A DNA stretch of 64,000 nucleotides, taken from NCBI RefSeq assembly GCF_000143415.4, contig NW_003314264.1:3233710-3297709 (forward strand), read 5' to 3'. The notes beneath the pieces were generated by a model that saw only the letters and a program-made list of their open reading frames with translations, was not told the origin of the DNA and made no database searches. Positions 1 to 15,099 of this stretch are shown one piece after another (within the stretch, counting starts at the first letter, position 1; the number at the start of each line of letters is the position of its first letter). The DNA is from Selaginella moellendorffii (Eukaryota; Plantae; Lycopodiophyta). The translations under genes and the position numbers were made by a program.

Positions 1-832
1 AGCACTGCATTTGCGAAGTTTTGAGATCGAACAACGAAAACTTCTGACGAACTTGTCTTACCCGTTTCGAGTCCTTCATGGAGATCCCATAAGCGGCCAC
101 TTTGGATAAGCCGGGTAGCAGTGCCGCGGCAGGGATGTGTCTCTTCCCCTGCCATAAGCTTGCACACTACAAACACCAGGGAGTCAGTCCCAAGAAACCA
201 TTTTGACAACCCCGAAAGGAAACGAAGAACAAGACCAAAAGGCCAGACAGCCACAGTTACTTACTATTTCGCGTCGATCACGAGTAGAATAAGGGCTTGC
301 AATCTACAAAGCCAGGCCACAGCAAAGAAAAAAAAGAAAGAACACCACCACAGCAAGCTTGAGAAGAGAGGAAACAAAGACTCGGAGTTTTGCTTACCTT
401 TGACACCCAAAGAGCGTCCGAGTGTGCCAGAGTTTTCCAGTCTTTGGATGTTACTCCACATCGTGCCAAGCTGAGTGCATCAAGTCGGACCATCACCAAG
501 TGCAGGATATCGGGGCCCAAGAGCTTGAAAGGATCCTCCACAGTAGCGCTTCTCGTCGATCTGGCCTGGAAGATAATCCTTGGAGGCAATTCCGGAAGCT
601 GGAACTTAGAGGACGAGCTTGGCCCGGCGATTGCCATGGAGTGAGCACTCGACCGGCGATAGACCGACTTGATATCGTCCCAAAAGGGATGCTGTGCCGT
701 GTGGTACCTCAGGCAATCCGAGAAATCCCGGGAGTGGAGCTTGCAAATCGTCTGGCGACCAATGCGAGGATGATACAAGACGCTCGTGGGGCTCGCGTAT
801 CCACCATCGTCCTTTCTTTCCACACTCTCCAT
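1..832 (-). CDS. F-box protein (3' part runs off the window; start uncertain)
   Basis: F-box motif DPFKLLGPDILHLVMVRLDALSLARCGVTSKDWK. Donor AAG|GTAAG at 397; next exon 166-62 (CASLWQGKRHIP...AAYGISMKDSKR) is flanked by TAG| and |GTAAG. Confidence 0.8.
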
Positions 833-1361
833 CGATCTGGAAGAATTGGATCTAAATCTCTCCCCCCACCGCGTTCTAGGGTACAAGAATTAGCTTGTTC
901 TCAAGCCAGCCGCTGGCGGCGTCAATGGGATGCCCCGGAAGAAGATCGCAGCCCAGAGCCAGTGGATTGTAAGGACACACGCTCCCTGCGCTTGGCTTAT
1001 AAGCGGTGCCGATTGGCCGCTCCGTGGACGAATCGGAGCCGTGAGATCGCCCAAGAACAATCTTCTTGAAGCTTGACACTTGGCCACAGTGGAACAAGGT
1101 ATCGCCTGCGCTGCCGAGTGCTCATAGGCCGCGCCCATAAAAAAAGTTTTGGACACCACCACTGTCACGACAATGCTCGATCCAGCCAACGAAAATTGTC
1201 ACCGATCGCGAATCTCTAGATGGCTCCAGTGATCCGCCAGGGGCCACCGATCAATAAATCGTTTTCTTATCCCATAAATCTCGGGGGTTTTATAGGTCTA
1301 GAAGACTCTAGCGCGATCGCTCTTTAGTGCGATACATTCTATAGCATTGTCTAGGGTTGGA

Positions 1362-2991
1362 ATGGCTTGGCCATGGCGCGCTTTCCATCGCATTCTTGCT
1401 CCTCTAGAGCGATCGATCTTGCCGGCAGGAGCTGGCCTTCCCTCACGGTACTGTGATCTAAACCCTATCAATGAGGATTGAATCTCGCGTAGCGGTCAGG
1501 TTCCAGAATGCCACGACCAGCGGCAGGCTGGATCGATCGTCCCACCGGCACTTCCATTCCGATGAAGCATCGGCGGCCAGGGTCTCTCTCAAATCCAGGA
1601 AGCTGGAGGAGGTTGTCATCGCGATCGGGGGGAATATCGGCGACCGGGTCAGGAATTTCGACACGGCGCTGAGGATGATGCGAAGCTCTGGAATCCAGAT
1701 CAAGAAGCACGCCTGCCTGTACGAGACAGCGCCAATGCATTTGCTGGATCAGCCTCTCTTCCTCAACTCGGCCGTGACTGCCACAACGAGCCTGGATCCT
1801 CACGAGCTGCTGGTGGCCTTGAAGGAGATTGAGAGAAAGCTGGGGCGCAGCCAAGGTGGTGTCAAGTATGGACCGAGGCCGATCGATCTCGACATCATTT
1901 TCTACGGGGATTTGGAGCTCAGCTCGGAGAACTTGCGGGTTCCTCATCCTATGTTCTCTGGGAGGCCTTTCGTGCTGGCTCCGCTCCTCGATCTTCTTGG
2001 TCCGGAAGTGGAGGATAGCAGGCATTGGTCTTTGGTCCATCAAGTTCGGAGACACTGGAACGATATAGGTGGCGAAGGATGCGTCAAGAGAGAAGGGATG
2101 AAGAAGGTGCTTCCTGTGGGTGGAAAGCTTCTGGACTGGCAGGAGAGGACTTACGTGATGGGGGTTCTTAATGTCACTCCGGACAGCTTTAGCGATGGTG
2201 GCAAGTTCTTCACAGCTGACAAAGCAGTGAAGCAAGTCCAGGAAATGATCGAACAAGGAGCCGACTTCATAGATGTTGGAGCGCAATCGACAAGGCCAAA
2301 TGCCGAGCGTCTTACCACTGAGGAGGAGCTTCGACGGATCGTGCCAGTGCTGGAGGGTCTGAAGAGCACACCGGACAGATCCAGGGTCGTGCTCTCGGTG
2401 GATACCTTCGACTCCAACGTTGCAAGAGCAGCTGTAGAGCTGGGTGCTGATCTGATAAACGATGTCTCGGGTGGCAGCTTGGATCCGAAGATGCTGGGGA
2501 CAGTAGCCGAGCTGGGGGTTCCTTGTGTGCTAATGCATATGAGGGGCGATCCATGCACGATGCTGAGTGAAGCCAACACAAGTTACAGCGATCTACCACG
2601 AGACGTGGCCAGGGAACTCGCTGTGAGCATCGAACAAGCCGAGGTTGCTGGAGTTCCGGCATGGAAGATTATAGCTGACCCGGGGTTTGGATTCTCGAAG
2701 ACCGCCGAGCAGAACGTGGAGCTGCTGGCGAGGCTTGATACGTTCAGATCCGGGCTGACGCAGGCGAGATTTGGGGTTGGAAGTATCCCGGTTCTGGCAG
2801 GGATCTCGAGGAAAGCTTTTCTTGGTCAGATCGTTGGCTGCTCCAGGGCCGAAGACCGGGACAATGCCACGATCGCTGCTGCTACGACAGCGATTTTAAA
2901 GGGTGCGAATGTTATAAGAGCCCACAACGTAAAAGCTGTTCGAGATGGCGCTATGGTGGCTGACTCGATCCGCAAAGTCCTGGCAAGCTAA
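1362..2991 (+). CDS. HPPK-DHPS: Bifunctional HPPK/dihydropteroate synthase (folate synthesis), with a predicted organellar-targeting first exon 1362-1447
   Basis: HPPK motifs IAIGGNIGDR, FLNSAV, YGPRPIDLDII, LRVPHP. DHPS motifs VMGVLNVTPDSFSDGG, GAQSTRP, SVDTF, INDVSGG, DPGFGF, GISRK, IRAHNV. Intron 1448-1499 joins in frame. Confidence 0.95.
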
Positions 2992-3522
2992 TCAAGTAAG
3001 CTCTTTTATATTTTTCTTTTGTACTAGTTTTGTTCTTGACGTTGACGTGTTTGAAGGGGCTGATTGAAGAAAAGATTCGAGTGCAAGGATGATGCAAATG
3101 ATTCTTTCTAGGTGAACCAATTATCTCTGAAATCTCAAAGTTTTGCTAAATATTGTGTGTTCCAGCTGTTTGCAATACTTCAAGGCGGTGGCCTATGCAG
3201 TGAGAAATTATATTTATTTTAAATTAAATTTTTTTGATTTTCGAGCGAATGTTTTGGCAGGAGCAGCACCTGTAACATGGGAGGATTTTTCTACAAAATT
3301 AACATACAAAATTAATAGTACAGTGTAATTGTACAATTATACATGTGAAGCATCTGAACCGTCCATAAAAAATTATGCGATCTTAAAAGAGTATCTAATG
3401 TGTGGGGATTCCCTGGTGCAGATTCTGGACGGTGTAGGCGAGGAGGAGAAGAGGGGAAAAGGGGAAGGAGAACAATCTTTGCTTTGCTGAATTGGTATGA
3501 GCATCGATAAGTTCCCGCTCTA

Positions 3523-5910
3523 ATGGAGTATTCTGGGTTAGTTCTAGATGAGGAGGACCCTCTTAACTCATGGCTAGAAGGTGGGGTGGATTTTGGAGCA
3601 GCCCACTCAGCTCTCTTTCAGAGCTATGGATTTGATCAGCCACAGGGTTTAAGGCCAGTTGCTCAGCAGCAGCAACAGCAGTATCAGCATCAGCATCAGC
3701 AGCAGCAGCAGCAGCAGCAGCAATTGTCTCTCGAGAAGCAAGACCAGATCCCGAGTTTGCTGTATGGGCTTCCGAATTTTGTCTCACAGCCGGATCAAGT
3801 TCACAGCAGTGTCAGTGACCTCCAGAAGAATTTAATCTGGGCTTTACAACGCATGAACTTGTCCACGAATGGACAAGTTCTGATCCAGGTCTGGATGCCT
3901 TACATGGAATCCAACACGGTGTTTCTAACCACCAAGGATCAGCCGTACGTGATGAGCAAGAGCTTTGACAAGTTCGTAAGGTACAGGAGCGCATCGGTGA
4001 AGTTCATTTTCCCCGTGAGGGATGGATTACAGGCATACCCAGGGCTTCCAGGGCGTGTTTTCATGAGCCAGGCGGCCGAGTGGACGCCCAATGTCCGGTT
4101 CTACAGCTGCCGTGAGTTCTTACGAGTCAAGGAGGCCGTTAACTGCGATGTCAAGGGTACTCTTGCATTGCCTGTGATGGAGGCCGGCTCTCGAGCCTGT
4201 GTGGCGGTTCTTGAAGTTGTGACGAGCATAGAGAAAGTTCAGTATGGGCCAGAAATCGACGACATCTCCAATGCTCTCCGGGTAAGCACCTCTCTCCTTT
4301 TTAATTTTTCTCCAAAATCTTTTTTTTTTTTCTGAGCTCGGCTTTGTTTTCTTGTATATGTAGGCTGTCAGCTTGGCCACCATCTCAAGTGCTGCTCCTA
4401 TATCGGAGGTTTGTTTTTTCTTTACTGTGTTCCGTCACGTTTCTTAGTCACAGTCGATTGTAGATACGTGAGAATCGGCAATCCGCGTGGCTTGAAATCA
4501 ACGAGGTGCTGATGACGGTGTGCAGGACTCATATCTTGCCACTAGCACAGGTGTGGATTCCAGTTTCGAGCAACGGTGTGGTGAAGTTGGTGACAAAAGG
4601 CGCTCCTTTCTACGGAGATAGCGGTTTCCGAAAGCCGTGCGCGGAGCATGTACTGCTCAAGGGACAGGGGCTTCCTGGCAAAGCGCTTCTTTCGATCCAG
4701 CCTGTTTTCAAAGAGGACGTCAGGAAATATAGCAAGGACGAGTATCCGCTGGGACACTATGCGCGGCTGTTCAATCTTGTGGCGGCCGTAGCAGTGAGAT
4801 TCCGTAGCAATCTCACCGGTGGAGATGACTACATCTTTGAGTTCTTCTTGCCGTTGAGCTGCAACTCAGGTACCCAGCAGCAGGACTTGCTGGACTCGAT
4901 GTCGAAAAGTCTCCAACGTGTTTCGAGAAGCTTGCGGACCGTCACACGTCAAGAGCTAGCATTAGAAGCACCTGGTGCGTTTTCCGGATCGCAGCAGCAG
5001 CAGCAGCAAGTTTTCAAGGCCGAGCTTCCAAAGCGGACGTACGAATCTTCTGAAGTGGAGTCCGAGATTGTAGAGGAGAGCAGTGTAACGTCGAGCAGCG
5101 TCACTGTTCGGAAAAAGGCCAAGCGTGGTGCGGCTGAGAAGATGGTGTCATTAAATGTTCTCCAGCAGTATTTCTCGGGGAGGTTGAAAGACGCAGCCAA
5201 GAGCATTGGAGGTACGCGCTTCGTTTGTCTCTGGCTGTTTTTTTCTTTTCTGAACTGCATTTGTTTGTTCGACAGTTTGTCCTACGACGCTGAAAAAGAT
5301 CTGCAGACAACACGGGATTGACCGCTGGCCGTCACGCAAGCTCAAGAAGATTGATCGGCAAGTTAAGAAGATCCAAAACATGCTGAGCTCGGTACAAGGC
5401 TTGTCACCCGGCTCTACAGTGGTCAGCGTTGGAGGAGTGTCGTTTGGCGACGTGACTTCGTCAAGAAGTGGTGGTATAGCAGCAGCAGCAGCATTAGCAA
5501 CGACAGCAGATTATCAAAAGCAGGCACACACCAAAAGCACAATCGAGCACGAAGTATCGTCATCGTCTCAGCTGCACAGGGACAAGTCGAGTTCTTCGCT
5601 GTCGAGCAACGATCACAGCCCGGCGGAGCTGGAGAGGACTCCAAATCGGGACGACTCCTCGCTCTTCACCGTCAAGGTGAGGCACGGAAGCGACACCGTG
5701 AGATTCAAGCTCCCGGTCGACCAGGCCGGAATCGCCGAGTTCCGCGAAGAGATCGCGACGAGGATGAATCTCCAAGGCCGGGAGTTTGGCCTCAAGTACA
5801 TGGACGAGGACGGAGAGTGGATCCGGCTGGAAAACGAAGAAGAGTTTAGCGAGTGTATGGGTGTGGTCCGGCACTCGGATGGAAAGATGAAAGTCCTCCT
5901 AGTGTTATAG
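3523..5910 (+). CDS. NLP: NIN-like protein (GAF-like nitrate-response region, RWP-RK, PB1); exons 3523-4281, 4364-4408, 4464-5211, 5276-5910 (about 728 aa)
   Basis: VLIQVWMP, GLPGRVF, EWTPNV, LPLAQVWIP, YIFEFFLP; LQQYFSGRLKDAAKSIG|VCPTTLKKICRQHGIDRWPSRK; PB1 LKYMDEDGEWI. Confidence 0.95.
3664..3723 (+). repeat. CAG/CAT microsatellite encoding a poly-Q/H tract in the NLP N-terminus
   Basis: Directly visible (cag)n run. Confidence 0.9.
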
Positions 5911-6631
5911 TAGTAGATCTCTCTTTGATTACGTTATCGCCAGCCAGAGAAAGGAAAATCTATCATATAGTTTCCAGCTTTGTGGGAATTTTCTGACTGA
6001 AGAATATTTGCTATGATCGATATTGACTTTTCCATGGTATGTACTTTTATGCTGAAAGTGATTAGAAGTTCCGAGACTGTCCACGCGTTGTCCAAGAGCG
6101 CGTACGGTAATGGGTCCGCCGCACGCCACCCATGCCGTACGTAGCTCCAAAGTTACAGCAAAATGTGAGTTGTTAGCGCGATTAATATGATGAAAAGCAC
6201 GTAGTTGCCAATGTTGTCTGCTTGCCAACTACCGTCGTGTGATGCATCTCTGTCGTGACAGCCGTTGATGCGCTCGGGTGGTTAGATCGGGCGGTCCGCC
6301 TTGGCCGCGCTGCCGGCCGTTGGATTGGCGTCCCAGGCGGGCGGGTAAAATGGGCCAAGCTCCTTCTCGGCAGCTTCACTTTGTGGAGCCCTAATCAAAG
6401 CTCCCTCTCTCTCTCTCTTCGTCTCTCCAATATGGCGTGCTTGAAGCTTCTCCACCGCTAGGGCTCTTGCGTCGCGGCAAAGAATCACCGATCCGGCTGC
6501 TACGCGGAAGCGAGGAGATTTTGACGCGGCATCGAGCGGAGTTGCGTTACTCCACCACTCCAGTAGGTTCTTTCGATCTCTTGGATGATCTTTGTGAGGC
6601 GCTGCTCGTCTGATTGATCTCTCCAAGAACC

Positions 6632-10215
<3,584 letters not shown>

Positions 10216-10399
10216 GCTTGAGCTTCCTTTCGGGTGGCTGGACTGACCACCTCTTGTATACTCACTCCTCTACAGGCTTTGTCGATTGGAGAGAAGAATT
10301 CTTTTTTCAGTTTTCCTTCCAGCTTGAATCTATCGCTCTCTCAGGTGCGCTATATATTTACAGGTCTGATAGTTCCATAAGTATTTGTGACAGTACCTT

Positions 10400-12338
10400 T
10401 CAGCTCGTTTCTCCATCGGCTTCCACGTCCTGTGGGATGAGCTGCTGCTGGTTGAGCTTGAGATCCAGGCGGAGGAAGACGAGGCCATTAATGGTGAGGT
10501 TCCAGCGAGGGAAGCTATATCCCCGCTCGACGTACCACCCCGAGAAGAGGTCCGTGAAGGTGACGCAGTTCCCAGGCGCGTTCCCGGCTTGGATCTCCAG
10601 CGTCCCAGAGGCCTTGGTGTCGTAGCCTTGGGAGTAGTCCCGCTTCATGGCTATGGTATAGTCGAGCGAGTGGAGCGTCGTTGCCTCAACGTCTAGTGCC
10701 GGAGTTTCTGACGATGGATGGAGCGCCAACTTTATGCTGCAGCTGCGCTGGTGGTTGAACGCCGTCCGGATCTGTGCCTCGAGGCTGAAAGTGTAGCGGT
10801 CGAGGAAGAACGGCTTGGAGTGGAAGCTCTCGCCGGTACAAATCACCATCTCCAGTGGGAACTCGAAGTAGACCTGGCAGCTCACCGCGGTCTCCTTAGA
10901 GACGAAGGTCTTGGAGCTCCCCCAGAAGTTTTCGAAGATGGCGTTGTTCCGGGGGCGGTATCTGTTGTGGTTGGTCTTCTTCCAGATGATCTCCTGCTGC
11001 CTCGGATGCGTCAAGCTCTTGAACTTGAGCGCCTCCATGATCAGTCCCTGGCCAGTGCTGCTTTGCATCTCGGGGCACACCGCCACAACGTCGACGAGGA
11101 AGTCTCCAGTCATCCAGGGGAACCGGATCACTCCTCCAATCTGCTCGGCGGCGTGGAGCTTGTCGTCAAGGCTCCGGAAGTTTGCCTCGAGCCACTCGAG
11201 AAGGAAGTGGAACACCTCTTCCTCGTACGAGACGGCGAGAGTGTCGCTGTCGAGGACGATCTTCACTCCCTCCATGTTGAGCGCGAAGAACTGGGACTTT
11301 TTGGCGGGGATGCTCTGGAACTGCTGCGCGAGGTAGCTCCGGCACTGCTCCACGACCGGGTGGAGGGCCTTGTCCGACTTGAGCGACTCGGGGAGGCCGA
11401 GGATAAGGAGGCAGTCGCTTAAGCTGCTGGGGAACTTGTTGAGCACGTCGGCCAGTGGTTTCATGCACGACGAGATTGCGAAGCGGTCGGCGAGAGTGAG
11501 GAGGATGATTGTGCTGTCCGCGTCCGGAGGCTCCATCAAGCGTCCCGTGTACATGTACTGGATGAGATGGAGCAGTCCTCGACGCTCTGCGAGGAAAAGA
11601 AGAAATAGTTAGTAGACACTAGCTAGCTCGCCATAGCTAACTGATGGTACTTTGCTATCGAAGTAGCAAGAACGTCGCTGTCTATTCAAAGAGCTTCTTT
11701 TGTTTTCATCTCGAGTTTCTATCCGAGAAAGGATCATTCAGAGAAGAAAAAGAATAATTTTGCAAGGAAAGAGAACCTTAACGACGAGAAGAAATCAAGC
11801 TTTCCACCAAGAACACAACGAACAAGTGAAAAGAACGGGGAAATCACGAGCACCACAAGGATGTCTTTTGTTTTCATCTCGAGTTTCTATGCCAAGCGAA
11901 AAAGATTTGCAGGGAACGAGAACCTTAAGAAGATCAAGTTTTCCAAGTAAACAAGAAGAAAAATAAGGAACATTGCGAGCACCAAGGAGAGGAAAGGAAA
12001 TATAAAAAGTGAGAGCTGAGTACCTTCTTCCGTGACCTTGACAGTAGCAACCCCAGTGCTGGATTCGCTCATCCCATTGGAGTAGAGCTTCATAAAATAA
12101 TCCGAGTGCGCAGCTAGCAGCATGGAGCTCACATGTAACTTCTCCACTACTCTGCCGCAGCTCCCATCCACCATAGCCTGTGAGGAACAAAGCAAGAAAG
12201 AGGGCAAAATCGATCCAATCCAACTCCAATCCCGCTTCTTACCTGCGCTTCATCGGTCGGCGATGGCACCACCTCCAGATGAAGAATCCTGTCCGCGAAC
12301 AATGCATTGTTGTAGGCAAAATCGAAGCGCACCATCAT
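10400..12338 (-). CDS. BTB/POZ-BACK protein, POB1/LRB-like (CUL3 adaptor), 3 exons
   Basis: FDFAYNNALFADRILHLEV, LHVSSMLLAAHSDYFMKLYSNGMSES, YMYTG, LADRF, BACK-like IRFPWMT, C-terminal SKPFFL...VFLRLDL. Confidence 0.85.
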
Positions 12339-12390
12339 CGCCTCGCGCGATCGCTCGCCCCGCTGCCCCTGCCCTAAAAATCTCCACTGG

Positions 12391-12422
12391 TTGACGTGGT
12401 CACTAGATCTTCTCCACGTGGC
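12391..12422. promoter_or_regulatory. Paired ACGT elements (TGACGTGG and G-box CCACGTGGC) just upstream of the BTB gene
   Basis: Exact motifs about 55-85 nt 5' of the ATG at 12338; function inferred only. Confidence 0.4.
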
Positions 12423-12496
12423 AAACCGCTAGTTATTTGAAAAGAAGGGCTCTCTCTTGGATTGATTTTGAGCTACCTAGAAGATGGAAGCGCCGA

Positions 12497-14299
12497 TCAT
12501 AGAATAGAGAAAAAAAGAAGGACCGTGATCGCGAATCTCTGCCAACGCGATCGCATCGGTTGCCCCTTGCTCCGGCTAAGTTGCGCGAGGCTGTTCCAAG
12601 CACAAATCCCAATCTTAGAGCAAAGAATTCCAATCATACAATAGGAGCTCACCTCCCAATGTAGATGCATCGATTGTAGCCTGCCAAGAGAGACATGAAA
12701 GTCAGACACGAATCGCCCAAAAAGAAGAGAGTGTAATCTCGAGAGAACTCACTTGGATCCATGGTCGTGATCACAGACACGCCATTGAACTGACACGCAT
12801 TGGGGCTCATCCCATTGAGCTGGAAGTAGGCATTGAACACATACGACGCGTGCGACGCCACGGTATCCGGCTGGTAGCACCGCCCGCCCGGCTGCACGGG
12901 CGAGCAATCCACCTGCTGCTGCCCACACACCCAATCCAGATTCGCCTGGAGCGTGTTGAAGTTCCCGTTGGCGGCGGCGATGCAAAACGTCCGGTTGAGC
13001 TCGATGACCCCGGGGGAGTTCCCAGCGGCGCCGCCAGCGCCACCACCGGTCCCGCCCCCGGCATAGCCCCCGAATCCCCCGATGGAGTAGAACTTGGATC
13101 CGTCGGGGCGGAAGAGACCCCAGTTGCGGTTGGCGGTGGGTCCTGGCCGTTGATTCTCGTTGAAGAGCTCGAAGATATAGACGTCCGTGATCTGCCCAGG
13201 CCGGAATGGCGTGCCCTGCCCCGACATGGCCACCCGGAGGACATTGTTGTTGTACGTGGCGGCGTTCTGGAGGTTGACGATGCGCGTCTCGCCAGCGCCG
13301 CCCATGGAGGGCCACCCGGTCTCCGTGACCACGATGGCGAGGCTGCGGTGGCCCATGGCGGCCAGCGCGTAGAACGCCGCGTCGAGCTGCGCGGAGAGGA
13401 GATCGCCGTAGTGGAGGCCTGAGCCTGGGTCCGTGAAGCCGGCGGCGCTGGGCTGGAGCAGCGCGAAGTCGAGCGCGGTGGTGGCGGCGGAGTTGCGGTA
13501 GGCGTAGTAGGGGTAGGCGTTGAGCATGAAGAAGGAGCCGGTGTTGGCGATGAAGTCGAGGATGGGGGAGAGCAGCGGCGCGAAGCGGGCGTCGAAGGTG
13601 GCGGAGGAGGGCGGGAAGGAGTTTGCGATGACGCCCATGGCGTGCGGCGTGGAGATCTTGATGGAGCGGTCCAGCGCCGCGTTCTGGAGCGCGGTGTAGA
13701 GGTTCTGCATGGCGGAGAGGAGGTAGGCGTCGTCGTCGGTGGCGGCGGTGAGGACCTCGGAGCCGGCGGCGATGGCGGTGATGCGGGTGGCGGGGAGGTG
13801 GGGGAGGAGATTGGTGGCGACCCAGGCGGTGGCGGAGGACTGGGACTGGGCGATGCCTTGGAGCTCCGTGTTGGGGACGCCCACCATCACGTCGATGTTG
13901 GAGTTTGCGAGCGCGGTGAGGGCGTCGGCGTCCGGGGAGAAGAGGCGGACCTTGGAGATGCCTTGCGATTGCATCAATTGGACGGCCTTTTGCGGCGAGG
14001 GGAGATTGTCCGCCATGCGCCCGTAGCACACACCGATCGCGGCATCTGCGGAGATCATTCAATCAATCAATCCATCGCACAGCTGCGAGACAACAGGGGA
14101 TCTCTTGCGGGAATGGAATTGGGCGAGGTGGGCGATGGAGATCTTAGCCAATTCCACGACCCATTTGCGGAGAGGATGGAGGGGAGGGAGAATGCGAGCG
14201 GGATTAGAGCGCGGTACCTGCGGTTTTGCGGCCGAGGAACGCCATAGCCAGTGCTCCGAGGAAGACAACGGGGAGGAGCAGTCTTGGTCTTGGCTCCAT
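12497..14299 (-). CDS. Glucan endo-1,3-beta-glucosidase (GH17) with X8/CBM43 domain and predicted GPI-signal last exon
   Basis: Signal exon 14299-14218 (MEPRPRLLLPVVFLGALAMAF); IGVCYGRMADNLP, LNAYPYY, VTETGWPS, FELFNEN, NWGLF; X8 FCIA...LDWVCG...CQFNG; last exon 12590-12497 ends FAITVLLFFSIL. Confidence 0.93.
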
Positions 14300-15099
14300 C
14301 GTACAGCAATCCATCATCCCTCCTCGTCGTTCGAGCCCCCTGTTCCTTCACATTTGATGCCCTGACCGATCGAGGAATGGAAATGGGTTTTTTCTAGATC
14401 GGATCGATCAAATCAATGAAGAAGATGCCCGTTGGACCCAATCCAGCAGCTAAGACCCAATCCACGCTCGAAGCGAAGCGAGAGCGATGAGCATTGCGAG
14501 GACGATGACCTCAGATCCGAGACAAGATCAACCATGATCATGCCGGAGGATAGAAGATCTGGAGCCTAGAATCGCTGGGGCAAGAGCGAACAACAGTCGA
14601 TTTCTCTGTTGCTTGTGATTTGAAAGAACGTAGCAGAGGGCAGAGGACACTGATTCACTGATGCTGGCCAGCTGTTTGAAGAAATCGTTTGGAGTTGTGA
14701 TCTTGGCATTTAAGACACATCCATATTTTTTTCTTCTTCTTTCCTTGCTCTCCTTTCTTTCTCTCAAGAGTGTTCTTCCCCTTCCTTTTACTACTGTTTG
14801 TTTGTCTCTGTTTGGAAAGCTTTGGTGTCTCCATCACTCCAACATAATCCAAGCATTAGATGACACAAACGTGATTTATTTACACCAAATCGCGACCACT
14901 TGTTTACATTTTCTCGAGAAATTTTTTTTTCCAGTCGCTCGGCACCACGATGTCGCGGCAGAGATCTAGGCAGTGGCATCCAAGGGTCCTATTTAAACAA
15001 AGCCCGTAAGAAGTATTCGTTTGAGCTTGTCGATTTTCAGCCACTTGTCCAATCTGATGCACACAGCTCTCCTGCTTGCTGGTGGCTCGAGCTTGTCAT

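Noticed and set aside
11697-11935. Duplicated cttttgttttcatctcgagtttctat in the BTB intron
   Set aside because: Ordinary local intronic duplication with no further structure.
12749-14062. 437-aa alternative-frame ORF over the glucanase
   Set aside because: R/H/P-rich shadow frame caused by very high GC3; no domain motifs.
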